DNA of 64,000 nucleotides from Planctomycetota bacterium (GTDB taxonomy: Bacteria; Planctomycetota; UBA8108; SXIK01), in the NCBI GenBank assembly GCA_965223265.1, contig OZ244999.1, forward strand, positions 1,792,001 to 1,856,000. Direction: 5' to 3'. This document shows positions 28,275 through 38,092 of this stretch, in pieces (position 1 is the stretch's first letter; the number at the start of each line of letters is the position of its first letter). A program made the position numbers and the translations under genes. The notes under the pieces are model-generated. The model was not told the origin of the DNA. It worked only from the letters and a program-made list of their open reading frames with translations, and did not search any database.

Positions 28275-29180
28275 TCACACACCGCGCGGTCTAAGAAAGT
28301 CCGGCGACTCCCACGCTGGATCTGGATAGGTATAGAAACCTTTTCCCGTTTTGATGCCAAGCTCACCACGTTCGATCTTGTCGAGGAGGATCTGCGGTGG
28401 CCTATCGGCTGGATCTCCCGATTCGTCGTAATAGACAAGCTCGATATCACGCACGACATCGAGACCGACGCGATCCATCATCGCGAACGGCCCCATCGAT
28501 GTCTCCATCTGGATCATCCACGTGCGATCGACGTCCTCGGGTGTGGTGACCCCTTGGTCGACCAGCCGCAGAGCCTCTTTTTTGACGGCGCGCCAGATGC
28601 AGTTGTAGGTGAAACCTGTGTTTTCCTTTTGCACGACGAATGGAATCATGCCGATCGATCGCATGAACTTCTGAACGATCTCGAGAGTCTCGTCGGAGGT
28701 CTTCGTCCCGCGCATGCATTCAACGAAGTTGTGCTTGTAAACCGGGTCGACGAAGTGAGTATTCACCACCTTGTCGCGCCGCGACACGGCGGACTCGATG
28801 CGCGCGATGCGAAGCGAGGAGCTGTTGGTCGCCAGGATGGCCGCCGGTGGGGCGGTCCCGTCGAGCGCATGGAAGAGACGCCGTTTCACCTCGAGGTCCT
28901 CTGTGACCGCTTCGATCGCTAGTTGAGCGTTCGCCGCGGCTTCGTCCAGTGACGTTGAGTAGCGCAAGCGCGCCAGGATTGCCTCCCGCTCGGACCTGGC
29001 GACAGCCTCGGCGGCGATCTGCAGCTCCAAGAGTTGTTCAATCGCACGCGGCGCCGCCTGAGCTGCCTCTCGTGAGATGTCGTGCATACAGACGGCGTAG
29101 CCGTGCACGGCGCATTGCAAACCGATCTGCCGCCCCATGTAGCCGCAGCCGGTGACGCAGACTTGGTTGACGTTGGTCAT
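28275..29180 (-). CDS. 3-hydroxyacyl-CoA dehydrogenase family protein (second paralog)
   Basis: VTGCGYMGRQI, EAVTEDLEVK, LATNSSS, THF..P, MGPFAMMDRVGLDV, GELGIKTGKGFYTY. Confidence 0.92.
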   Translation of the reverse strand: MTNVNQVCVTGCGYMGRQIGLQCAVHGYAVCMHDISREAAQAAPRAIEQLLELQIAAEAVARSEREAILARLRYSTSLDEAAANAQLAIEAVTEDLEVKRRLFHALDGTAPPAAILATNSSSLRIARIESAVSRRDKVVNTHFVDPVYKHNFVECMRGTKTSDETLEIVQKFMRSIGMIPFVVQKENTGFTYNCIWRAVKKEALRLVDQGVTTPEDVDRTWMIQMETSMGPFAMMDRVGLDVVRDIELVYYDESGDPADRPPQILLDKIERGELGIKTGKGFYTYPDPAWESPDFLRPRGV

Positions 29181-29923
29181 GTTTCCATGGTGGCAGAGAA
29201 AGTGCGGCGAGAAGTGGTGTGGACACTACGATACAGCCGTGAAAGAGAGTGTTTGCTGGCGCAGATAAGTTTCGCCTCGTGTGAGCTTCGTCGGAACGAT
29301 TCGCAAGATGTGTTTGTCGTCATGAGCGAGCTTGGGGTCTCGAGGTTACGCATCGCAAGGAGAATACTCTGCATCGTGCAGCGTGTCGACCGTGCGGTCG
29401 TACCGCATGGTCGTTCGTATACATGGGAGAACACCACTCCTAACGCTCTTCGCCGCTGGGCTCGTCGCCTCGTTCACGCTCACAAGACTGGACGGCACAC
29501 AGGAGTGTGCCTGCTACTTTGGCCGGCCGCCCTTTCGCCGACTTGGTTTCCATGCGCGTTGCGTTTGCGTCGGCGTGGGACGGGCGAGGTGAAGTCATCG
29601 CATGAAGCGCTTCTGTTTTGCAACGATGGCGGCTCTCGTTGGTTCCTTCCGGGGAATCTGTGACACAGAACGAACAGCAGGCATGAACGAAACAAAAAGC
29701 TCCATCCGGTAGCCATTCGCGGCCCGTCTTTTTGAGCGGACCGTGAAATCCCATGACGATCCACACGACTACAGAGTGACGGACTTCTGACAGAGAAAGC
29801 GTATGGTAGCGGTCGTCGAAGTGGTCAGCGCCACGACTTTCGTGATTGCTACACCCACACGTTAGAGGTACACCGAAGTCGTTCGGCGGTCACGAACGCA
29901 AGCCGTAGCTGGAGGATGAGATC

Positions 29924-30460
29924 ATGACCGCAGCTGCTGAGTCGGAACCGCGCCGGTCGAGGCCTTGGCTCGACGCGACGTTAGGCTTCGTGGTTGGCGC
30001 CCTCGTTCTCGGCCTCATCGCGGCCGCCGTCTGGGGCGGACTCGCAGCGTACAACTTGGTGCAGGAGCGCAATCAGGAAACACTAGCCACCTCCAGACTC
30101 TGTGGTTTTGGCGCGACATTCACACCGGAGGCTGCTGTAGATCCGAACCATATTGCACGCCGCCTCCCGGGCATGCACGTCTTCAACCACGTTTACAAGA
30201 TTGATCTTTCCGCCAAGACTCGCGCCTCCCGGCGGCAGCGCCAAACAAGTCAGCTGACCGATCAAGATCTCGTGGACTTGAACGAGCTCCCGAGACTTCA
30301 AGAGCTGGACTTGGAAGATCGCCCGATCACCGATGCTGCGCTGGTTCACCTGCGAGGCCTTGCCTCGCTTCGATGGCTCAATCTTCGCGGTACGCGATTG
30401 ACCCCTCGGGGTGTCAGCGACCTTCAGAACGCCTTGCCGCTGTGCCAGATTCACTACTGA
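29924..30460 (+). CDS. Membrane-anchored leucine-rich-repeat protein
   Basis: SD GGAGGA; one TM helix; LPRLQELDLEDRPITDAALVHLRGLASLRWLNLRGTRLT...LQNALPLCQI (PVC-type LRR). Confidence 0.8.
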   Translation: MTAAAESEPRRSRPWLDATLGFVVGALVLGLIAAAVWGGLAAYNLVQERNQETLATSRLCGFGATFTPEAAVDPNHIARRLPGMHVFNHVYKIDLSAKTRASRRQRQTSQLTDQDLVDLNELPRLQELDLEDRPITDAALVHLRGLASLRWLNLRGTRLTPRGVSDLQNALPLCQIHY

Positions 30461-30651
30461 GTCCCGCCATCGCGAGAGACTTCGCGACCGGGACGATCTT
30501 GTCCTCACAAACGAGTGGCGCCGAGATCGCGATGGCGTGTTCGCATGATCTTCGCTTGAAAGGTGGTCGAGTCGGGTGACAGAATCAAACGACTCAACTC
30601 CTCTGTGCGTGCACGCTCTTGTCGAACTCGTTGTCCGAATCGGTAACTCGC

Positions 30652-33600
30652 ATGTCCCAACGTCGCGCGGTCTTCCTGTGGGCGTGGTGTCTCTGTCTGC
30701 TGACCCCTTCCCTCGGCTTGGCTGGCGCGCCGACATCGTTCGCGGAGGTGTACTCGAGTTACACCGAAACCGTCCGACCGATTCTTGAGCGCTATTGTCT
30801 CAAGTGCCACAACGCCGACCAGTTCAAGGGGGACCTTGATCTCGAGCGGATGACTTCTCTCATGGAAATCCGCCGCGACCCGCGTGTTTGGCAGAACGTC
30901 GTCTTCATGCTCGAGAGCGGCGAGATGCCACCAAAGAAGAGTGCACAGCTCTCGGCGGAGGAGTCGAAGCGGCTGCGCGGCTGGATTGACGCCTATCTGA
31001 AGGCCGAGGCGTACGCGAACGCGGGCGATCCGGGCGCGGTCGTCCTGCGTCGTTTGAGTAACGTCGAATACAATCGCACGGTTCACGACCTAACCGGCGT
31101 CGACTTTCGGCCGGCCCACGAGTTTCCGGCTGATAGCGCCGCGGGGGAAGGCTTCACCAACACTGGCGAATCGCTCGTGATGTCGCCGGCGCTGATCGAC
31201 AAGTACCTGGCGGCGGCGCAGGACGTAGCCCGCCACGCTGTTCTCCTCCCTGACGGATTTCGTTTCTCAAAGGCGACGGCACGACGCGATCTCACCGATG
31301 AGGTCGTCGATCAGATCCGCGAGATCCATGCCCGCCACACGGAGGTCCTCGAGTTTCGAGATGAAGGCAACGTCACTCGCATCCGGTGGGGTCGCGTCGA
31401 TCTCCTGCCCTATGTTCGATCGCTGATTGAGCACCGCGAGCTCTTGCGGTCAAACGTAGCGGCGGTGGATCAGGTCGCCGCGAGCGCCGGGATCAACGCG
31501 CACTATCTCCACCAGCTTTCTCGGCTGCTGGTCGGTGAACGCGACTTGTCCGCCTTACTCGCGAGCGTGCAAGCTCGACTTCTCAGTGCGTCTCTGGCAG
31601 ACGCACCATCGATCGTCGAAGAAATCGAAACGTGGCAAAACCAGGTGTGGGAACTCAAGAACGTCGGCCAAATGTTCAATCAGGGGCAAGAGCCGGTCGA
31701 TCGACTGGCGTACGTCCAGGAGTTTCGCCTGCCTCTGCGTCCAAAGGAAGGGAGCGAAATCCTCTTGTCGCTCGCAGCAGGGGATGCCGGTGACGGCGGC
31801 GGCGACGACAAGACTAAGGGCGATGTCGTCGTCTGGGAAAACCCGCGTTTCGAGCGTCAGGGAATGCCGCCGCTCCTCCTCCGCGATCTGCGTCCCTTCC
31901 TGAAGCGTCTGGCCGTCTTTCGACATTTGACTCTCTCTTGCACGAAGGACTATCTCAACGCCGTGGCGGCCGCGGCGCGGGAGACGGACTATGACCTCGC
32001 CGCCCTAGCGCGAGAGCGTGGGCTCGATCGGGAGATCTTGCGTTCGTGGGTGGAGTACCTGAATCTGCCGCCGCCGGGGGGAGAGTTCGCCACCTATGCC
32101 CCGCGGCCGGGCCGGATTCTCTTGATGGTGGGCGACCCGAAGAGCCTGCACCCAGGCGATGCCGGCTTGACTCGATACCTGCGCGGCCGAGGACACCACG
32201 TCACGCTCTACCAGCCGCGGGGTCAGACGTCCCGGCAGCAGTATGACGCTGCGATGGCGAACGACGTCGCCATCATCTCTGAGTCGATTGCCGCGACCGA
32301 TGTAGAGTTCAAAGGAGAGCAGAGCCTCAAGAATGTGCCGCGTCCCATTCTCTCTTTTGAACCTTACGTGTACGACGACGCCGGCTGGACCGGCACGGAG
32401 GTTTTCTGGGATTTCGGTCACACTGGCACCAGCTCCGTCGCCGGTCTGCAGCTCGACGAGCTCTCCGATTCGCTCCACGTCGCGCCCGGCGACCACCCCC
32501 TCGGACTCGGGCTCAGCGACGAGGTTCGCGTCTACCACTCACCCTACAGCCTGGCGTTCGGGATTCCCGGCGCCGAGGCCGCCGTCATCGCCTCGGCGGA
32601 CGCGGCGGCGAAGTACCCGGTCCAGTTTGTCTATAACCAAGGCGACCGATTGGCCGACGGCTCGGTCGCACCGGCCGCTCGCATTGCGCTTTACCTCGGG
32701 CAAGCGGCCGCTGACAACCCAGACGGCAACCACCCAACGGATTGGGCGAACCTCACCTTTGCCGGACGGGCGCTGATCAACGCGGCGATTGAGTACGCCA
32801 TCGATTCGCAGCGGATCCACCGACCGAGCCTCAAAGCGTTAGCGGACGTCGACCGCAGTGAGCCCTGGCGCGACGTCGACGTCACGGGGCTTCTCGCTCA
32901 CCGAACGCACGACGTCGAAGGGCATGAGTTCATCGACGGCTGGGACGGTCCGGGGCATCCGAGCTTGGTCGCGAACTCCTCCCTCCAATCTGTACGCATT
33001 CCCGGCATCGTGCCGCCCCACTCGGTCATGGTCCATCCGACGCCGACGCACTTCGTGGCCGTCGGTTGGCGCAGTCCAATCAACGGCCTGGTGCGCGTCG
33101 AGGTCGCCGTAGTCGATGCACATCCCGAAGCAGGCAACGGACAGACCTGGTCGTTGAACCTGCAGCAGGGAACGGAACGTCAGCGCCTGGCTGGAGCCGC
33201 CATGGACCACGGCACGAAAGTCCGGCCGCCGCCGCTTGAGGATGTCATGGTGCGCAAGGGCGATTTCTTGTCGCTCCTGATCGGCCCCCGCGATGGCGAC
33301 TGGGCTTGCGACTCGACACGAATCAATCTGGTGGTCACCGAGACCGCGGATCCGCTGCGTTCGTGGAACCTCGCCGGCGACGTCGCCGACGATATTCATG
33401 CCGGCAATCCTCACCCCGACAGATTCGGCAATCAGCTCGTCTGGTATTTTTTCAAGGGAAAAGTTGGCGACTACGATGAGCTCGGGGCTCCGATGCCGAA
33501 TGGGTCGCTGCTGGCGAATTGGCGTGCAGCTATGCTCAAGGCAGACGGCGAGCGCGCAGACCACCTCGCTGATCGTCTGACCGAGCTTCTGACGAGCGAC

Positions 33601-35697
33601 GCGAAGGCAGCGGCGACCGCCTCGCCACCTGACCGTGTGCTTTACCATCAGGTGCGCGCGGCAACTTCGCCGCTGTTCAAGAAGTTCGACTACCAGACAC
33701 TTCTGACCCGCGATGATCTGCCGTTGTCGGACGCCCCCGAGAGTGACTACGGGTTGGCGACGGAGCGCTTCACGCACCATCCAGGAAAGCGCGACGAAGA
33801 CGGGTCTGAGTCGCACGCGACCCACATCGTGCTCGAGGCGCCGCATGCCATCAGGGTTCGACTTCCAGCCGACCTGATCGCGGGGCGCGACTTTGTTGTC
33901 GACGGCAGGCTTGCCCCGACGGCAATGCATGGGACGGTTCAATTGAAGGTGACGCCGGCTGAAGAATCTCCCCCCGTGGGCCTGGACCCCGACCTTGCAG
34001 TCGTGGTACGCGAGGGAAGCGTCGCCGAGCAGCGGATGCAAAAAGCTTTCGCCGACTTCCGCGGTCTCTTTCCACGCGTTATGTGCTGCCGGACCATCGT
34101 TCCACTCGATGAAGTGGTGACGCTGGTCATGTACCACCGCGAAGACGAGCCGCTGAGTCGATTGCTCTTGAGCGAGAGCGAACGAGCTCGGCTGGACCGG
34201 CTCTGGACGGAGGTGCGCTACATTAGCCAGGATGCCTTGGAGATTCAGGAGGCGTACCCGCTCTTCATGGAGTTCGCGTCACAAGTCGGAGACGTTCCCA
34301 AGTTCTCGCCGCTTCGCGAACCGATTCGCAAGCGGGCCGAGGAGTTCGCGAAATGGCTCGAGGAAACGGAGCCGATCCATCTCGAGGCGCTCATCGCGTT
34401 TGCCGAGCGCGCTTTTCGGCGCCCGCTCGACGACGCGGAGAAACGTGAGCTTCGTGACATCTATCGTGAACTGCGGGCCGCAAACGAGAGCCACGACGAG
34501 GCCTTTCGCGGCGTGCTGACTCGCATCCTCGTTGCGCCTAGCTTTCTCTACCGCATCGAGCAGCCCCGCCCCGGAGATGAGCCAGGTCGCGCGAACGACT
34601 GGGAGCTGGCGACGCGTCTGAGTTATTTCCTCTGGTCGACGATGCCGGACGAAGCTCTGAGGCAGCAGGCTGCGGCCGGTCGGTTGCAGGACCCCGAAGT
34701 GCTGGCTCGCGAAGCGCGCCGGATGTTGAGGGACTACCGAGTGCGAGGACTGGCGACAGAGTTTGCCTGCCAGTGGCTTGGTTTTCGCGACTTCGATACC
34801 TACAACGAGAAGAACGAGCGCCAATACCCGACTTTTGCCGAGCTCCGCGGCGCCATGTATGAAGAATCGGTGCGGTTCTTTGTGGATCTGTTGCAACGCG
34901 ACGGCGGAGTTTTCGAGATTATCGATGCCGACCACACCTTCCTGAACGGTGCGCTCGCTCGACACTACGGCATCGGGGGTGCCGAGGGCAGCGAAGGTGC
35001 GGACGATGCTGAGGGCGATACTGAGGGCGCCGTAGCTGTCGACGGTGATGCCGGCCGCTGGGTCCGCGTCGATGGAATGAAGCGCCGGTCGCGCGGCGGG
35101 GTCCTTGGCATGGCGACCATGCTCTCGAAGCAGTCCGGAGCCACTCGCACGAGCCCGATCTTGCGAGGGCATTGGGTCGTCGAGACGCTCTTGGGCGAAA
35201 GGCTCCCCGACCCACCCGCCAATGTTCCAGAACTGCCGGACGCTGTCAGCCGCGACGGTTTGACCGTGCGAGAGCTCACCGAAAAACACGTCAGCGCTGC
35301 GGAGTGCGCCGGCTGTCACTCCCGCATCGACCCCTTCGGCTTCGCGTTGGAAGCGTTTGACGCCATCGGCCGCTTCCGGGAGCGTGACTTCGTGGACAAG
35401 CCGGTCGACGCGCACGTGAAGCTTAGCGACGGAACCGAATTCGCCGGCATCAAAGGGCTGCGATCGTATCTCATGAGCAACCGCCGGAATGACTTCCTCC
35501 GACAATTCTGCCGCAAACTCTTGGGCTTTGCACTGGGGCGCTCCGTGGAGCTCTCCGACGAGCCGCTCATCGAGACCATGATCGAGGAACTCGCAAGACA
35601 CGACTTTCGTTTCTCTGCCGCAGTTGAGACAATCGTGCGCAGCCAGCAGTTTCGCTATCACCGCGGCCTGGAAGCAACGCGCGAGACGTCAGAGTGA
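30652..35697 (+). CDS. DUF1592-family planctomycete cytochrome (PSCyt1, DUF1587, DUF1595, DUF1592, DUF1588, DUF1585)
   Basis: Signal peptide; YCLKCH; LRRLSNVEYNRTVHDLTGV; FAERAFRRPL; ELATRLSYFLWSTMPD; RTSPILRGHWV; CAGCHSRIDPFGFALEAFDAIGRFR; RKLLGFALGR. Confidence 0.93.
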   Translation: MSQRRAVFLWAWCLCLLTPSLGLAGAPTSFAEVYSSYTETVRPILERYCLKCHNADQFKGDLDLERMTSLMEIRRDPRVWQNVVFMLESGEMPPKKSAQLSAEESKRLRGWIDAYLKAEAYANAGDPGAVVLRRLSNVEYNRTVHDLTGVDFRPAHEFPADSAAGEGFTNTGESLVMSPALIDKYLAAAQDVARHAVLLPDGFRFSKATARRDLTDEVVDQIREIHARHTEVLEFRDEGNVTRIRWGRVDLLPYVRSLIEHRELLRSNVAAVDQVAASAGINAHYLHQLSRLLVGERDLSALLASVQARLLSASLADAPSIVEEIETWQNQVWELKNVGQMFNQGQEPVDRLAYVQEFRLPLRPKEGSEILLSLAAGDAGDGGGDDKTKGDVVVWENPRFERQGMPPLLLRDLRPFLKRLAVFRHLTLSCTKDYLNAVAAAARETDYDLAALARERGLDREILRSWVEYLNLPPPGGEFATYAPRPGRILLMVGDPKSLHPGDAGLTRYLRGRGHHVTLYQPRGQTSRQQYDAAMANDVAIISESIAATDVEFKGEQSLKNVPRPILSFEPYVYDDAGWTGTEVFWDFGHTGTSSVAGLQLDELSDSLHVAPGDHPLGLGLSDEVRVYHSPYSLAFGIPGAEAAVIASADAAAKYPVQFVYNQGDRLADGSVAPAARIALYLGQAAADNPDGNHPTDWANLTFAGRALINAAIEYAIDSQRIHRPSLKALADVDRSEPWRDVDVTGLLAHRTHDVEGHEFIDGWDGPGHPSLVANSSLQSVRIPGIVPPHSVMVHPTPTHFVAVGWRSPINGLVRVEVAVVDAHPEAGNGQTWSLNLQQGTERQRLAGAAMDHGTKVRPPPLEDVMVRKGDFLSLLIGPRDGDWACDSTRINLVVTETADPLRSWNLAGDVADDIHAGNPHPDRFGNQLVWYFFKGKVGDYDELGAPMPNGSLLANWRAAMLKADGERADHLADRLTELLTSDAKAAATASPPDRVLYHQVRAATSPLFKKFDYQTLLTRDDLPLSDAPESDYGLATERFTHHPGKRDEDGSESHATHIVLEAPHAIRVRLPADLIAGRDFVVDGRLAPTAMHGTVQLKVTPAEESPPVGLDPDLAVVVREGSVAEQRMQKAFADFRGLFPRVMCCRTIVPLDEVVTLVMYHREDEPLSRLLLSESERARLDRLWTEVRYISQDALEIQEAYPLFMEFASQVGDVPKFSPLREPIRKRAEEFAKWLEETEPIHLEALIAFAERAFRRPLDDAEKRELRDIYRELRAANESHDEAFRGVLTRILVAPSFLYRIEQPRPGDEPGRANDWELATRLSYFLWSTMPDEALRQQAAAGRLQDPEVLAREARRMLRDYRVRGLATEFACQWLGFRDFDTYNEKNERQYPTFAELRGAMYEESVRFFVDLLQRDGGVFEIIDADHTFLNGALARHYGIGGAEGSEGADDAEGDTEGAVAVDGDAGRWVRVDGMKRRSRGGVLGMATMLSKQSGATRTSPILRGHWVVETLLGERLPDPPANVPELPDAVSRDGLTVRELTEKHVSAAECAGCHSRIDPFGFALEAFDAIGRFRERDFVDKPVDAHVKLSDGTEFAGIKGLRSYLMSNRRNDFLRQFCRKLLGFALGRSVELSDEPLIETMIEELARHDFRFSAAVETIVRSQQFRYHRGLEATRETSE

Positions 35698-35731
35698 CAG
35701 GCGTGATTTTTGGCGTCCGCAACCACCGTGA

Positions 35732-37087
35732 GTGCAGGTCGCGAAGAATAGGAAGAACCTCAAAGTGAGAATCTCAGCCGACGACAAATACCAGATCTCG
35801 CGCCGAACGATGCTACGCGGTCTCGGGGTCAGCATGGCGCTCCCGTGGCTCGAGTCCCTTCCTGTCTGGGGCGATGAGCCCGTCGCCCGCGACCGCAGCA
35901 GTGAGCCGCCGGTGCGCATGGCTGTCCTCTTCGCTGGCAACGGCTTTCACAAAAATGAGTGGTGGGCGAAGGGGAGTGGTGCAGAGATGGAACTCGGTAA
36001 GGCGCTCCTGCCACTGAGCGCTCATCGCGAGAAACTCCTCTTCATCCGCGGCCTCTACAACGAACAGGCGCTCAAGGGAAACATCCACAGCTCTCAGACG
36101 GGGAATCTGCTTTCCGGAGCGCCTCTCGCGTCGGGTGGAAAGATTCGTTCGGGCACCAGTGTGGACCAGCTCATTGCCCAGAAGCTCGGCCACCAGACCA
36201 AAGTGCCGAGCCTTGTCCTCGGCTGTGAGAAGTCGATCGCCTCGGTGCACCGCGAGTACTCGATGCTCTACAGCTCGCACATCTCGTGGACCTCGCCCAC
36301 CACGCCGACGCCGCTTGAGATCTATCCGGCACTCGCCTTCGATCGGCTCTTCAAGGATGACACTGCGACGAAGAGTGGCCGTCGCGCCTTGGATGCCGTG
36401 CTGTCGGAGGCGAAGCGTCTGCGCCTTCGGGTCAGCTATCGCGACCGGCATAAGCTCGACGAGTATCTCAACTCGGTGCGCGAGGTCGAGGCCCGGATCG
36501 AGCGCTCCGGAAACGAGGGCCGGCTGCAAGGCTGGCGGCCCTCGTTGACGACGCCCAACATTCCGCGCCCGAAGGACGGACTGCCTCAGGACATCGACGA
36601 GCACATGCGCCTCATGTGCGACATCCTCGTGCTGGCGTTCCAGACCGACACGACGCGCATCGCAACGCTGAAGCTCAACAACGACCACTCCTCGCTACGA
36701 TTCCCGAATCTGGGGGTGGACTACATGATCCACCATCTTCTCTCCCATACCGATTCGGATGACTGGCTCAAGGTCAACCAGTTCTTCATTGAGCAGCTGG
36801 CTTACGTCGCGAGCAAGCTCGATGCGATCGAGGAGGGGGACCGCACGGCTTTGGACAACTCGATGATCTTGCTCTGCTCCAGCATGATTCACGGCAACCA
36901 CGACGCGAACCAACTGCCGGTCGCTGTGCTCGGTCGCGCCGGAGGAAAACTCAAGACCGGCCGCACGCTCGATTACCTCGACAAGCCGAACCGGAAGATG
37001 TGTAGCCTTTTCTTATCCATGATGGACAAAATGGACGTCCACCTGGACGAGTTCGGCGATTCGAAGGAGCGTCTCGCTGAGGTTTGA
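35732..37087 (+). CDS. DUF1552 (HXXSHH) family protein, Tat-exported partner of DUF1592
   Basis: ISRRTMLRGLGVSMALPWLESL, SVDQLIA, SLVLGCE, DRHKLDEYLNSVREVE, LAFQTDTTRIAT, HHLLSH, LDNSMIL, NHD..LP; true start may be GTG 35765. Confidence 0.93.
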   Translation: MQVAKNRKNLKVRISADDKYQISRRTMLRGLGVSMALPWLESLPVWGDEPVARDRSSEPPVRMAVLFAGNGFHKNEWWAKGSGAEMELGKALLPLSAHREKLLFIRGLYNEQALKGNIHSSQTGNLLSGAPLASGGKIRSGTSVDQLIAQKLGHQTKVPSLVLGCEKSIASVHREYSMLYSSHISWTSPTTPTPLEIYPALAFDRLFKDDTATKSGRRALDAVLSEAKRLRLRVSYRDRHKLDEYLNSVREVEARIERSGNEGRLQGWRPSLTTPNIPRPKDGLPQDIDEHMRLMCDILVLAFQTDTTRIATLKLNNDHSSLRFPNLGVDYMIHHLLSHTDSDDWLKVNQFFIEQLAYVASKLDAIEEGDRTALDNSMILLCSSMIHGNHDANQLPVAVLGRAGGKLKTGRTLDYLDKPNRKMCSLFLSMMDKMDVHLDEFGDSKERLAEV

Positions 37088-37450
37088 CGGGAACGGTTGC
37101 AGCCGGGGGGGCGACGCGAAGCCCTGCGCTCGCTCATATGTGTAGTGTCCGTGTGGCGAGATCGGTATGATTCGGTCGTGTGGTGGAGAGACATGCCTGG
37201 CTGCAGGCATCTTATCCGTGGCATGACCATCGAGCAGGTTATCTGACGTGCCCAGAGTTTTCCGCTCGTGGAAGATCGCTAGCGGTCTCTTGGTGCGACC
37301 GCAAGGGAGCTCGTTCCCGTCGTCGCTTTCGGGCTGGATCGAGGCGCCTTTGACTCTGGCGGGGGACGCGACCCACTACGGGTTCGTCACCTCCGGCGAG
37401 GCCGAGCCCTGAAGCAGTGGCAATCGCAAGGTCATTCGCTTGACAAGCTT

Positions 37451-37987
37451 GTGAATCGGCGCCGATTGGACGAACCTCCCCCGGAGTGGAGTGAGCCCGA
37501 CATCTATGACTACGGCGTCGAGGGGATCCTGATCGTCGAGCATGATTTACTCGTCGATCTGTTGGTGCTCAACGGGCTTCACAGTCGCGAACGGGTGCTG
37601 ATCGTATCGCTCGATCTTTATCCCACGTACCTGGTTCCTGTCGCGGCGGAGCTACTCCGCGAGCGTGAGGACTTGCCGGTGTATCTGCTGCACGACGCGA
37701 CCGCTTCCGGAGTCACCATGCTAGATCGTTTGGCGGCGACCGACACATTTCCGATCACGAACCATCCCACGATCGATTTGGGAATTACTCCCGATGACGT
37801 TCGACGACTCCGACGGCTCCGGCCCATGAAACCAAAGAGATTTGACTATGAAGCGCCGATAGATTTCTTACTCTCCGCCGAGCTCGCGAGCGGACTCGCC
37901 CAGGCGTTTTTTCATCGAGTCTCGTTGGCAAGAGTCTTAGAGGAAGACCAGGCGGACCGAGACGGCGCGGGCGGTGGGTTCGGGTAG
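37451..37987 (+). CDS. Hypothetical protein (possibly N-terminally truncated; Toprim-like LLHDA..G segment)
   Basis: EPDIYDYGVEGILIVEHDLLVDLLVLNG...PVYLLHDATASG; frame is open upstream to 37283 without ATG/GTG/TTG. Confidence 0.55.
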   Translation: MNRRRLDEPPPEWSEPDIYDYGVEGILIVEHDLLVDLLVLNGLHSRERVLIVSLDLYPTYLVPVAAELLREREDLPVYLLHDATASGVTMLDRLAATDTFPITNHPTIDLGITPDDVRRLRRLRPMKPKRFDYEAPIDFLLSAELASGLAQAFFHRVSLARVLEEDQADRDGAGGGFG

Positions 37988-38092
37988 CAGGGACGCGGCT
38001 GCCTGTCCGTGTTTTATCCATTTCGCGAGAGCGAATTCCTTTCTCGTCGGGCTGTTAGCCATGGAGTCTTTCTACAAGCTGGTCAGGAGCGG

